Shown: positions 12,551 to 26,098, numbered from the whole stretch's first letter. The stretch: DNA of 63,524 bases, filler included, from Olpidium bornovanus S191 (GCA_017911155.1; 30 parts of 30 records of this genome joined end to end with filler, not necessarily neighbours in it); one strand, 5' to 3'. Notes: generated by a model not told the origin, from the letters alone. Program-made: numbers and translations.

Positions 12551-13105
12551 CGTTTCGTCGAGACGGAAAAAAATTAATTAAAAAAAGGTGGGGATGTCCC
12601 TTTTTACGTACGTTATTCTGATTTCCATTCTTCCCCTCCCTTGCCGGGTCCTGACCGGAAAACAAAANNNNNNNNNNNNNNNNNNNNNNNNNNNNNNNNN
12701 NNNNNNNNNNNTTAATTAATTAANNNNNNNNNNNNNNNNNNNNNNNNNNNNNNNNNNNNNNNNNNNNCATGCCTTGCGGACCTGGAAGCTGATCTGTTTA
12801 GATCGGGCCGTTCCTGTGTTTTATGTTGCTCTTTCAACCTCCACACTCCTTTTGGAGGTAATCTGGTCTTATACCCCTCCCCGCTCCCACCCCCCACACC
12901 CTTTTAGTTCAATTGTAAAAACCCTTTTAGTCCAATTGTAAAAAGGCTTGACAAGCCGGTAGCAAAAAAAAGTACGAGTTCCGTTCTTTGAAACTGTATT
13001 TTTTCCATTTCGTTCGTACCTTCCCCACTTAATTCTCAAGCTGTATTGAGTAAACTTCTCCACCCACTAGAAAAGAGAGGCACGGGAGAAAGCGGGAATA
13101 TAATA

Positions 13106-13281
13106 CAGTCGTCCCTCTCATACTTTATAGTCCCCGTTCCGGATGAAATGTATAAGGTATCAGAGGTTATAAAGTAGTGGATTATAGAGCTCCGCCATAG
13201 AACGATGTCGGTGGAAGCCGAAACGTATAAAGTAGCAGAGGTTATTAAGTATTGGGATATAAAGTATGAGAGGGACGACTG
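13106..13281. mobile_element. pogo/Tigger-like (Tc1-mariner superfamily) MITE, 176 bp
   Basis: TA|CAGTCGTCCCTCTCATACTTTATAGTCCC ... GGGATATAAAGTATGAGAGGGACGACTG|TA. About 29-bp near-perfect TIRs starting CAGT, TA target-site duplication, internal direct repeat (GTATAAxGTAxCAGAGGTTATxAAGTA) and no coding capacity. Confidence 0.85.
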
Positions 13282-13659
13282 TATAAAAAAAAGTATCATT
13301 TACAATCGTTTTGAACAACCTGCTTTTTGCCCGCGGACACGTCCCGCGACATATCCCGCACATAAGCACACCGACGACAGGTAACGTCCGGCTAGCTGCT
13401 GAGCTCACTGCGTGCGAGAATGTCATGTGATCCAAAAAAAGGCATGGAGAAAAACTTCGGGCCACCCAATCAAAGGAGAAAGTCTTTTTTTGGTTTTGTT
13501 TTTGCTTCGCAAGCCGGGAGAGCAGACGAAGTCGCCGGCGCATCTTCCAACTTCGTCCCCGTTTGTTGCGGCTGGGACAACAGGCAGCAAAAAACCGAGC
13601 GCGGTTCGCATCAACAGGGCCGGTCTGCACCGGCAGCGAACTTGCCTAGGGCTCGTGCG

Positions 13660-14633
13660 TGCAAAGCTCAAACGGGTTAGGGTTAGGGTCAGGCCCGGTT
13701 GGGGAACTGCGCCAGGCCCTCACAGCCATGGGCATCCGCTCGGCCCTCATACCGGAAATCCTAACGTGGGCCAGTCCCTCGCCGCGCTCTGGTTATATGC
13801 CGATGCTGCTGATACGGTCAAGACCAGGCTCACAGACTTCGACATCCCCCTGGAGGACTTCAACCCTCCAGATCCGCAGACTCCTTGCGCGCCCGCCTCG
13901 AATGGCCTCAGCCGGGACGCCCTGCAGACCCGGGCCAAGAGAATCTTCGCCGGACGGCTTACATCGCTGGTGGCCAAATGTCGCAACGGCGACGTCCGCG
14001 CGGCCGCCTCCCGCCTGCTAGCCAAGCTGTCTAGCAAGAGCGCTAGGCGAGAGGCGAGAGCAAGAGCGAATCGACGAAGCATACGACATTATTCTCACGA
14101 TCCTCAAAATTCGAGGCCACGGCCATTTCTGGACTACAAGACCTTTGGGAACCGGCGGCACGCCCAGTGCCGTATCAGTAGCCCACCTTGCGGTCCGCTG
14201 CCATATTCGCGGAGGCGCCATGACGCACCTTGCCCCTCGGGTCCTGGCCGAACCTCAACCTCCACGCGGCCCTGCTTGCAGCCGAACTCGAAGCCAACTG
14301 GACAGCCCTTTTGGTTGGCCACAATCGGACCTCCCGCCGACCCTCTCCCCCGCCCAACATCCGTCCTGGAGCCGGCTCCAAAACGCCCTTTCCCCTCCTG
14401 ATCGTCGAGGATTTCCTGCGGAACCTCCCCCTGGGCAAGGCGGTCGGCCCCGACTGTATTTTGGGGAGCTCCTGCACGCCACCCCCCGCCCCCACGCGTT
14501 GTGGGTCAAGGCCATGTTTGAGTGGTTCTGGGTAGAGGGCCTCGTGCAGTCCCTCTGGCGGATCGCCAAAGTCTCCCTCGTTTATGCCGGTCCCTGTTTA
14601 TTGGCTACGCGACCGCCGTTAAGATAATTCCCG
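13660..14633 (+). mobile_element. Degenerate non-LTR (LINE-like) retrotransposon, region preceding and entering the RT domain
   Basis: PFPLLIVEDFLRNLPLGKAVGPDCI, then after a frameshift ELLHA...WVKAMFEWFWVEGLVQSLWRIAKVSLVY. This matches LINE RT domain 0 (L..GKAPGPDGI..ELL...G..P..W..A.V.LI). Confidence 0.7.
13674..13693 (+). repeat. Short interstitial telomere-like repeat
   Basis: GGG TTAGGG TTAGGG TCAGG. Confidence 0.45.
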
Positions 14634-14733
14634 NNNNNNNNNNNNNNNNNNNNNNNNNNNNNNNNNNNNNNNNNNNNTTAATTAATTAANNNNNNNNNNN
14701 NNNNNNNNNNNNNNNNNNNNNNNNNNNNNNNNN

Positions 14734-16817
14734 CATGCCAATATTTGAAAGTGTTCAGGATTCCGGCGAAGTGTATGTACGCGGCGACGACTGCAGAAAC
14801 GGTTCACTTAGCAAGTCAGAAAGATAAGGTTACGCACGTTCGCCGAGCGGAGTTCAAGACAAAAATTGCAGGGAATGATTGCTCACCAACGCAGCAGTGG
14901 AAAATCTGATGTGAATGGAACTGATAACGTGTGCCAAGGACCCGGACGCGAATTCACGGCAAAAATCAGCACGGAGGGCCCACCGGTCAGAATGGTGCCC
15001 AAAGCGTAGCAGAAAGACTTCAATTGCCACCGTCGCTTACCCAAATGTCAAACCTGCCTGGCGCCAGGCTCTCTGGGATCCGGCTAGCGTAGATCAGGGC
15101 GCCTACAATGTAAACCGTTCCCATCGCGAGCAAGTGCTTAAGAGACACTGCCTCTACCGCGAGAGACAGCTTTACGTATCGTCGCGGACGATTTCTGGCA
15201 ATGTAAGCACAAATGAACGCCGCCTTCTCCAGCCTTTATATACACCCTGCATATTGTCAAGGGAAAGCCAATTCAACACTCACACCATAAAGGTATACCC
15301 CGTGTCCCACCGGGATAATGCCGGCGGCGCCGAGGGCGATAAAGAGGCCCGTCCGCATCCACCGGAATTCCGGTGTCCGGAACCTGAGAGAAGCACACAT
15401 TACCACCTGCAAGCGGAGACGACCGGGCCAATTGTTTACAGGTTGAGCCGTTTGCCGTTGATTTTCCACGGCTGCGGGGCCTATCGGTGAATAAAAAAAG
15501 AACGAACGCACCGTGGCTGCGCCCAAGGATGTAATGCTCGCCAGATAGACCAGCTTAAATACAGGGTGGCAGAAGAAACCTGACCAATCATCGAAAATAA
15601 ACAAGTTATAATGTCCGCGGACGGTAGATGATTCGAAATACGTCCACGCACACTCACCGTAATATACAGCCGGGTAGAAAGAGCCCACAATAAGAAATAC
15701 GATTCCGATATCTAGAGATGCCTCCACCTCTCAGTACCGGCATATATTGGCTTTTGCGCAGTCCGCACTGCAAGGTGGTGACCAGGCAAACTTACGTACA
15801 GTCGCATCTGTTGAGATGACGACACACCTGTCGTAAAAAATGTTGACAGTGTTGGCTTCGGACAAAGAAACGAAACGAATATGCACACCGGAACTGTTGA
15901 ACGGAATGCGTTTTCGTACAGGTTCGGAATGGCAGCTCATAAGGTGGAAATAACCGGAGCACCCCATGCAGAGGATGGCTCCCGCCATAAAAACGTATAT
16001 TACGGCGATGTCTGCTCGGAGAAAACCGGGTCGAATCGGCGGAACATGGGGAAGGCGCGCTCACGGTGCAATGATGCAAACAACGTACCGGACCATATGA
16101 CGGTCTTGGTGTCGGGCAGAACACTAAGACCTGCGTGCACGGCGAGGAAAACAAAGAAGAGAGCTCCTAGGACTTTGCACAAGCAGTAGTCCACCGGGCA
16201 GGCCATAAGTTCAGCTTACCAAGCAGAGCCCCGGAAAACAGGGTTTCTGCGGCCCGCGTGGGATTTCGAGCTTTTACGCACAGTGCGAGTAGATGTTCCC
16301 GGTCTCGTTATGGAGGAAGAGAAGCGTTCGCGCGGCGAGCGAGTAGGAAAACGTCGGACAGCGGTACCCCGTCTTGATGTCTTGGTTGTCCTGCAAAACC
16401 GCGGCTCCCGTCAGCGGACGGTTGCGCCAACCGCCAAGCTTCCCGCGGCAGAAACGCTGAGGCCGCCTTCCGACAGCACCAAGGTCCCCAACTCCCGCCC
16501 CGCGCTACCGGCCCGACCTTCATCCAGTCAGGAATCTCGTCGAAAGTTAGCAGCTTGCGGGGGTCTCTGGCCCACGCGGCCTTCTTTTCCTCCTCCGCCT
16601 TCGACTCGCTTCTCCGCCTCCGTTGCCCCGCGGTCGCCACGTCCAGCCGGACCTGCTCCGGCGTCCGGTGCTCGACCTCCCGCAAGGAGCCAACTACTGC
16701 CGCCGCGCCGTCGTGCACGCCGTTTTCGCGCCGGCCGGCGCCGCCCTTGGAGAAGCAGTCGGCGGGGCCGTCGCCGGCGCCGGCGCCGGCATGGCGGTGC
16801 CTGAAGGCGCCGGTCAT
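14734..16817 (-). CDS. PAQR/IZH (adiponectin-receptor/hemolysin-III) family membrane protein, nearly complete
   Basis: LLTFDEIPDWM, SGYFHLMSCHSE, LDIGIVFLIVGSFYPAVYYG, FRTPEFRWMRTGLFIALG, YIVGALIYASRIPESLAPGRFDIW and HSHQIFHCC (SHQIFH metal-binding motif), over multiple GT-AG introns. Confidence 0.9.
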
Positions 16818-17020
16818 GTGTGGATCCCCGGACGATGCAGGGGAAGAGATTGCCAAGCGGAAGAAGAAAAAGCGGGAAAGGAGCGCCTGCTGGCGAGGCC
16901 GGCGCGTTCGCGACACGGTCTTCTTCTTTCCGGGGCGCCCTCCGCCTCGGCCTGCTGCGGCGCGCGTTGGGCGGAGAGGAGGAGAATGCCGGGCGCGCCG
17001 ATGAGAGAAAGGCCGGCGCA

Positions 17021-17052
<32 letters not shown>

Positions 17053-17166
17053 AAAAGCCGCGCCCCNNNNNNNNNNNNNNNNNNNNNNNNNNNNNNNNNN
17101 NNNNNNNNNNTTAATTAATTAANNNNNNNNNNNNNNNNNNNNNNNNNNNNNNNNNNNNNNNNNNNN

Positions 17167-17849
<683 letters not shown>

Positions 17850-19079
17850 GGCTGCTCGCGCGACTTTTTCCTTCCTTGGTGTGTGGCTAGTGCGTCTGTG
17901 CCAGCCGACACTGTCCTCCGCCGCGGAAACTTGCCTCCAGGGTGGGGACGGGAGGACAAATCCCTTGCGGTCTAGGGGCAAGCCTCGGGCTTAGCACGAG
18001 CGAAGCCCGAAATCCGTGTTCTTGTCCGTTCCACGGCGGGGTCAGCTTTCGCACAGGAAGAAGCGTCGTCTTGTTCGTGGCGAGGATAGGTTTTATTTCG
18101 CGGTCGGCCTTCGTCTTGCAGGAATCGGCCCTCCGCCTCCGACCTTCGTCGTCCCGGCGTTTCACCTGCCCTCTTACCCCGTCTCCGTCCTCCTCGCCCT
18201 CCGTCCTCTCGCCCTCCTCGCCCTCCGTCGTCTCGTCTTCCTCGTCGCTTCTGTTCCTCGTCGAATCCTCCTTTCGCCCTCGTCACGTCGCTTTGTCTGG
18301 TTTCTTCTCCGTTGTCATTCAAGATAAAAAAAATCTCTCTCACGCTCTCAGCCTCTCCGCGTCTTCCCCCTTCTCCACCCCGTCTCGGCCTCGTCTCGTC
18401 CAATAAAACGCTTTTGGATCGCGCAAAACCCGCCGCCTTCCGCCTTCCGCCGCCTGGCCCGCGCAACGCCACCTAAATCTCCCACTCCTTGACCTCGTCA
18501 GCCGTGTCGGAGGCCCCTCGGCTGTCTACTAGAAAAATGTTGCTGTGATGCAGTAACTTTTTGACCCAATTGTCAGAGCCATATGCAAGTCAAAGCCTAT
18601 GCTATACAGCCAACCTTCCCCTTCTTCTGGAGCTCTCACGCCGACGTTAAATGCCTCGACGTGGTCCCTCCGTCCCGACAACCGCACGCTTCGTTGCCGC
18701 ATCGAAAGACGTTTGATATGATCCTGTGGGGCAAAAAGTCGCGGAATGGGCTTGCCGGTGCTCTCTTCCGTCGTGCGGATCACGTCCTTTGCGCCGGTCG
18801 GATCTGCAAGCGCTTTTGCGAAGAGCAGCATTCAGAAGACGTGGTGCAATATCTATCGCATGGCTTTTTGTGACATCTTGTCAAGCGTGAACCTGGTCTC
18901 GTCGGGCGGCACAATTAGTTCGTCGTGGCCTTTCACTGGAAGAAGTTTCATCTGTTGGCGCCATTTCCGAACCATTCCANNNNNNNNNNNNNNNNNNNNN
19001 NNNNNNNNNNNNNNNNNNNNNNNTTAATTAATTAANNNNNNNNNNNNNNNNNNNNNNNNNNNNNNNNNNNNNNNNNNNN

Positions 19080-20432
19080 CCATGATCGTGTCGAGGTCGA
19101 GGGTGTCCAGGAGCAGCTTGGGCAGCGCCTCGACGAGGACCACCTTGCGCAGGGCGACGTTGTCCCACAGCGTGGTCCGCTGGAGCTCCTCGTTGAGCTT
19201 GACGATCGCGTAGCTGAGCTCGTCTGACAGGATCGCCCGGGCCTTCCCGGTGCGCGCGTGCTCGCGCCAGATGCACTCGAACTCCAGCTCTGCGTTCTTC
19301 TCGATGACGGCGTGCACCGAGCTGACGTAGTCGCGGTAGAACGCCGGCGGGTTCGCCGCGTCCCGCACCATCATGTGCTTCGCGAACTCGTCGTCCGAGA
19401 AAGACAGGGCGGCCAGCACCTCCAGCGAGGACGACGTCACGCCCCCCTTGTTCGCCGACGCGTCCTTGCAGATGATCGCGCCCGCCTTCTCCAGCCTCAT
19501 CCTGGCCTCCTGCGTGAAGAAGAGATTGGCGCCCTCGACGATGTACTTGAACCGCGGGTTGCCTTCCGCGTCGAGCAAGCGGTGGACGTTTCCAAGGTCG
19601 ACTGCCTCGGGGCGGCCGCCGCAAGGCACGAACAGGTCGGCCGACGCTTCCAGGTGGAACTCGTTGCGGAAAGTCAGGCCGTTGTCAATGATTCTGCCGT
19701 CTGCAAGCGAAATCGACGCGGCGGTTGCGAGTCGTCAGGGAGGAATCGGCGCGCGAACATTTCCTGCGGCGACCCGCGTCGCCCCGCTCAAAAATTCTCC
19801 GGCACGGCACCTGGAAGCTTCACGTTTTTCTCGTCAACCAACACGCGGAATCCCTTTTCGCTGAGCTTCGACACGTCGAACTGGTTGATCATCTGCCGCT
19901 TAGAGGCCAGCTTTCGGAGCTCTTCGCGGTCAATGCCCTTCGGATCGTAGAGGACGCCGGAGCCGTCGACGATGCCGATCGTCTTGTCCTTCGAAATTAA
20001 AATCTCGTTGGATCCGAGGTCGCCGTCCGGGCCGCCGGTCTGGAACTTGGTGATGTTCTCCTCCTTTATGTTCAGCTTCCGGAGGATGCCGAGGACGTAC
20101 TGGTGCACGGAGCGGGTGGTCATCCCGAAGACGTCGTGCGGGATGCCGCCGATGGACTGCGACTTTCCGGTGGTAAACGCTTTCCAGAAGAACGCGCCCC
20201 GGGCCCGGGCGTGGCTCGAGGCCCAGTCCATGTACTCGGCCGTGCCCTCGTCGGGTCCGAAAAACAGAATCTCGGGCTTCCCGTACAGGTCGACGATTTT
20301 CTGCGCGGCTCGGCGGGGGGGCGGGGCGGATGCAGTTTCAGAGCAATCTTGGTTCGCCCGCACGTAAAGCGCAGCGGGGCTTCACCCTCACCTCCTTAAT
20401 GCCGGGCGTGTTTCCGTCTATCAGAAGGTCCA
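19080..20432 (-). CDS. GDH2: NAD-specific glutamate dehydrogenase (large fungal type), internal/C-terminal fragment
   Basis: FFGPDEGTA, FTTGKS..IGGIPHD.FGMTTRSV, KFQTGGPDGDLGSNEI, FVPCGGRPEA, IVEGANLFFTQEAR, KDASANKGGVTSSSLEVL. Confidence 0.95.
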
Positions 20433-22029
20433 NNNNNNNNNNNNNNNNNNNNNNNNNNNNNNNNNNNNNNNNNNNNTTAATTAATTAANNNNNNNNNNNN
20501 NNNNNNNNNNNNNNNNNNNNNNNNNNNNNNNNAGCTCCCCCGCCTCCCGTCGCCTCCGCCGGCCGGCAACCCCAGCGGCCATGCAGTTTCGGTTGTTAGG
20601 GCCCCGAGTGTTCCCCCTTGCCCCCCCCCCCGCGGCCCCCCCCCCCCCCCCCCCTCCCTCCTTTTCCCCCCGTGCGAACCCGGCCCCCCCCAATCGGGGG
20701 GGGGGGGGGAAGGGGGGGTGCGCTTTTCAATTTTTTTTTTTTTTTTTTTTTTGCTTCTTGCTTTTCCTTCTGCTTTGTTTTTGGCCCGGCCGTTCTCCCC
20801 GCGTCCGGCCGCCGGGGTGGTAAGAAGCGCAGGCAGGGGAAGCGGCGCGGACGACGGCGGCAGCCCCCGCAGATGCCCCGGCAGCAGCAGATAAGGCGAC
20901 GTTTTGCTTCCTTCTCCGGCTCCCGCACCCCGTCTCAAGCCGCCGCTGCTGCCGCGCATACACGGCACGTTCGTGCAGGGTCCCCGCCCCACCCCGCCCC
21001 GCTCCCGCACCCCGCCGTTCCCTCCTTTCCCCCTCTTCCGCGCGGCACCCACCGCGCGCTTTCCGACAGCCGCCGCCGCGGCGGAGAGAGACGTGTCGCA
21101 GGGACGCGTCCGGGTCGGCCCATCCTCGCCCCCGTTGAGAGAGGAATCGGCCGACAGGGGTAGCCTGCTGTTTTGCTCTGTTCGTCGACCTGGCCCCGCG
21201 TTCTCACCGGTGCTAAACCTGCACGAGCACAGGATTCCGTAATTACGTCCGTAAGTCGTCCGACGCAGGTGACTCTGTTCCTTTCTTTTGCCCATTGCGC
21301 CCTTCTGCGCGCTGCGCAAGGGCGGAGAGCAACGGGGATGGTTCAAGCGGAACGCCGTCTCGCGATGGATCCAATCCCCCCGCAGAGCCGCGTCGTGGGA
21401 AAAAAAAAACGCAGCTGCCACACGAACCTGTGACGGGAAACGCGCAGAGGAAGCAGAAACACGGCAGAACGGCGCTCTTACGGTTACAACGCCTCCAAGG
21501 GGCAGACCCCGCGAAAGTTCAAACGGGCGCCGTCTCGTCCCCGAGGAGGGCGTCTGCTGGCGCCGCAGCGGGAGAGCCCGTGAGAGCGGTCGTCCCGCGG
21601 GCCAGACGCTCCCCCTCCACGCGGCCCTCTCCTTCTCCGTTTCCCTCTCCTTTCCGCGCGCACCAAGGCCCTGTTTTTCCCCTTGTAGAACCCCTGTTTG
21701 AATCCAGTCTGCACAAACGCCTGAAGCAGATGGAGACGCCACACAGATCCGAACGCAGCGTTTCCTTTCCGCCTTTATTTTTTTTTCTCGCGGGGCTCGC
21801 TGCCTGCTTGCGTCCTCTCTCCTTCGCTGCCTCCGCTGTCTCCTTCGAAAGGCCCGCTCGTCTCAAAAAGCGACGCGGCCGGCTCCGGCAAAACGCCCAC
21901 CCCCCTCCCGGTGGCGCGAGCTTTCGCGACTAAAAAAAAAAAAAAAAAAAAAAAAGGAACCCGCGCCGCCCCCCCCCCCCCCCCCCCTCCCCCTCCCCCC
22001 CCCCCACCCCCCCCCCCCCCCCCGGGGTT

Positions 22030-22060
<31 letters not shown>

Positions 22061-22190
22061 CTTCTTGTCAATTTCTCAGGCANNNNNNNNNNNNNNNNNN
22101 NNNNNNNNNNNNNNNNNNNNNNNNNNTTAATTAATTAANNNNNNNNNNNNNNNNNNNNNNNNNNNNNNNNNNNNNNNNNNNNGCGGAGCC

Positions 22191-22239
<49 letters not shown>

Positions 22240-22342
22240 CCGCCGCCCGTCTCTCGCTCGCGCAGGAAAGCGGGCGACCAGCTTCCCCGCGTTAGGTGTT
22301 ACAGCAGCCCGCCGACCCCCCGAACCGCCCGCCGCGCGAGGA

Positions 22343-23850
22343 ATGTCTCGGCCAGAACGCGCCGCCGTCCGCGCCACCGTCACCCGGCGGAGCACCGCGG
22401 GCGGCGCAGCGGCGGACGCGTACCCGCTGGCAAAGCTGCTGGCTCCGGAGATCACCGAAGTGCGCCCTCGCCACTCCCGGCCCCCCCCCCCCTTCCCGGC
22501 CGCACCTTACTTCGCGGCGAGAAATAAAGAGAAAGAGGGAGGGAGAGAGAGGAGGGAGTTGTTTTTTTTTTCGGCCCGTTTTGCAGCGCCTTTCTTTTGG
22601 CGCGGGACTAAGCGTTCAAAAGCGCCCATCCCACGCTCGGCTCGGCTTTGCCTGATACTAGGACGACCGCGGGATTCGGTTTGGGAAACTTACGGCTGCA
22701 CAACAAGGGAAACTGTGGAACGGGCTGGAGGTTTTGGTGTCCAACGCGCTGCGCGCCCTGAATATAACGGTGGAGGAGGACGCCGCAGAACAAGCAGACA
22801 AAGAGAACGTCAGCGGCACCGCTGCCGATTGCGAAAATGTCCGTGTGAGGAACACGGCCCTTTGATTTGCTCTTCGTACAGTGGCAAGCCCGCTTTTTGC
22901 CGATTTCGCCACTCTAACCTAGATCGCACGACGGTTCGCACGAAAACCGCAGTTCACCGCAGACCGCTTAATCAGAGGCGCGATAGAACTTATCGACGCC
23001 GCACTCCAAGCGGAGGGAGTCGAGCTCGGCAGCGATCTCCTCCGCGCAATACAACGTTTTCATGGTGTGCAAACAAGCTGGATTTTGTCTGCAGGAGCGA
23101 AATTTTTCTTGTTCACGGCCTGACGTTTTGAGGGCGGAACGGGTCGGGCGTGGGGGGTGGTTTCCCGATATCCCTGCTTGCAGACGTGTTATTGCGCATC
23201 CCGGACGAGCAGTTTTCTTGGAGAATCCGGGATAAGGTTGCGGCGCTGTGCGAGAGCTGGCACACCGCGGGACGGGAAGGGAGGGAGCTCCTGTCGCCGC
23301 AGACGATCACGTACCTGCTGATGAGGTCGCTTGTCAGCGAAGCGAAAGCCGCAGGTTAGAATTGAAAAAAATGGCCGATTGCGTTCTGGCTGGTTCCCGT
23401 GTATAACATGTCGGGAGCGATGACGAGTCTCGACACGTCCGGCGGGCCCGCTAGATGTCAAACACGTCTACCGTATGCGGGAAGCGCTGCTCTCTTTGGA
23501 CTTCGCGGACCAGAGGTGAAAGTGCCGTCAAGTGCGGTGAAAAACCGGTTGCGGGGTCCAAGGCCCACCCCCCCCCCTCCTCCCCGCTCTCTCAATCAAG
23601 CACTCAACCTTTTCAGTATTTCGCCAGCTGCGACTCTCTGAAGGAGCTCATCCTCTACGCCTTTTCATCGCCTCTGTACATGAAAACGGCCGAGGGGCGC
23701 AAATTGCTCGTGTATTTTTTCGGTCTCCACCCGACGTTCATCACGAGCATTCACGCGGAGATCAAGAATCAGATTCCCCGGGCGTCCAAGTCACACCTCG
23801 TCGTGTACGGGGAGATCTTCTTCAAAGCGTGGAAGTGCGCAAGTGCAACA
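22343..23850 (+). CDS. NCAPG2: Condensin II complex subunit G2 (CAP-G2), N-terminal half
   Basis: Exons give LWNGLEVLVSNAL; IRDKVAALCESW; LLMRSL..AKAADVKHVYRMREALLSLDF; SLKELILYAFSSPLYMKTAEGRKLLVYFFGLHPTFITSIHAEIKNQIP..KSHLVVYGEIFFKAWK. These are colinear with metazoan CAP-G2 (ADVCRLWRIHQALYCFD; EGRRFL..LF....FIKMIHGTIKNQ; EIYFRAWK). Confidence 0.85.
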
Positions 23851-24439
23851 NNNNNNNNNNNNNNNNNNNNNNNNNNNNNNNNNNNNNNNNNNNNTTAATT
23901 AATTAANNNNNNNNNNNNNNNNNNNNNNNNNNNNNNNNNNNNNNNNNNNNAAAACGCCCGCCGAAAACCGACGGGGGCCGTTTCTCCAAAAGCAAAACAA
24001 AACAAAACAAAACAAAACAAAAAAAAAGAAATCGTGCGTCTGTTTTTCCGATCTAAGTCGACTTGTGAGAGGGAGAGGAATGGGGAAATCGGAAGAAAAA
24101 AAACCTTTGCGGGGAATGAAAAAAAAAAGCAAAATGTAAAACGGAGAAAGCGGGACGGGGGTAAATGGCGATGGGAAATAAGATCTTTATGAAGGGGCCC
24201 CTCGGTATCAGGTAAAAAAAAATGTGTGTGTGTGTGTGTGTGTGTCTGTGTGTGTCTGTGAGAGAAAGCTGGGCGGAAAAGGAAAAAAAGCCGAAATGCG
24301 TCGCGCGAGCAAAAAGAAAAAAAACAAAAAAAAAAAAAAAAGAGAAAGAGAGAGAGCAAAAAGAGAAGAGGGGGGGGGGGGAGGGGGACCGACGAAAAAT
24401 CCGACGGTCAAAAGGTTTGGGGGCGATCGCGTGCGGAAC

Positions 24440-24482
<43 letters not shown>

Positions 24483-24485
24483 TAG

Positions 24486-24520
<35 letters not shown>

Positions 24521-25389
24521 AAAAAAACAAAAGCCGACAAGCACCGCGGGAATGCCTTTGCCCGCGCGCGTCTGTATGCAGCGCACGCACGCCCCATTTT
24601 TTCTTTCTTTCTGCTTGGCACCTGCATTTTCCTTTTGAGATTTGCGGCCTAATTTTCTTCCTTCGTCCTCTGCGCCGCTCTCTGTGTTCTAGCGCGCGCC
24701 CCCCCCCATCACCTACGCCCTGTTCGCCTGCTTACCGGGTGACGGCCGCGGGAGCGCTGCTCATTTCTCCGTTTTTCGAATCATTAATGGATTTGCAATT
24801 ACTGAACGAATCACTCGTTGCGACGGGGGGGGGGAAAGGCAAAGAAAAAAAAAAAAAAAAAAAAAGGGAATGTTTTTGGGTGGGGTGGGTGCCGGCGGCG
24901 GCGGGAAGGGTGCGTCGAACGCGAGCCTTTGTTTTGCGTTTGGCAGGAGGGAGACGGGAAAGTTCCTCGCATGCACGCTAAAAGGGATTTTATTTGCACT
25001 CATGCGATTTCCCTTGTAAAAAGTGTCGATCTGAACCAGCACAACGTATCTAACAGCCCTCCCCTTCCCCTCACGCCCGCCTCCACAAACGAGGAAGCCC
25101 TTGATCACGTAGAAAGTGAGGGATGCTAAGCGTAGAGATTTCTGTACCGCAGTGCCGCCCCGTGCCCTGTGGCCTCGCCCTGGGAGTGATGGGAAAAAAA
25201 ACTTCGAGTTGATCAGAGCTTGGAGCAGCAGGTCAGGTGATCAGTGATGATCAAAGACCGTGATGGACGCGGAAGAGTCCAAGCCCATGNNNNNNNNNNN
25301 NNNNNNNNNNNNNNNNNNNNNNNNNNNNNNNNNTTAATTAATTAANNNNNNNNNNNNNNNNNNNNNNNNNNNNNNNNNNNNNNNNNNNN

Positions 25390-26098
25390 CATGACGTAGT
25401 GGGTGTGGCCCTCGAAAACCCGGGCGCGGCTGAACCCCTTGTCCCAGTCCCAGAGCTTGATCGTCATGTCGTCCGCGGACGACAGGATGTACGGCTGCGT
25501 GGGGTGAACCGCGATGCAGCGGATGTAGTCGGTGTGCGCCTCGAACGAGTTCACCTTCTCGTGGGTGTTGTAGTTGTACACGCGGATTTGCAGGTCGTCC
25601 GAGCCGGTCACGACCCAGCTCTTCCGGGCCACGAACTTGGCCGTCCGAACCGGCAGGTCCGTGACCTCGAAAGTCTTCACCAAGGCCTGATCGGTTTACC
25701 CCCACGGCGCAACGACGGACGCGTCAGCAGGGGCCGGTATTAGAAAAAAAAAAGGAAGGGGGCTTTTGACGACGCGGGGAGCGAGTCCGCGGAACGCGCG
25801 GGCGGACGCGGCCCGACGCCACGCCTCTCCGTTCTTCCCCCGGGCCCCACACGCACTTCCCCCACCTGCGTTTCATAGTTCCACACGTAGACGTTCCCGT
25901 TGTACAGACTCGCGAGAACCCACGGCTCCGTCGGGTGCAGGTCCACGGATTTGACTCGGTCGGACCGGGTCAAAAGCTTGCGCTGCTCCGAAGTTTGGGC
26001 GGGGTGGGTGGTCGGGGCGTCAGTTTCCGACACGCCGGGAAACTTCAGAAGTGCGAACGGCGGCGTTTTTTCGGACGCACCTTGACACCCAAGCGCAT
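25390..26098 (-). CDS. SEC27: Coatomer subunit beta-prime, N-terminal WD40 region
   Basis: MRLGVK|[39 protein letters not shown]|..[57 protein letters not shown]. First exon is 18 nt (26098-26081). Confidence 0.95.
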
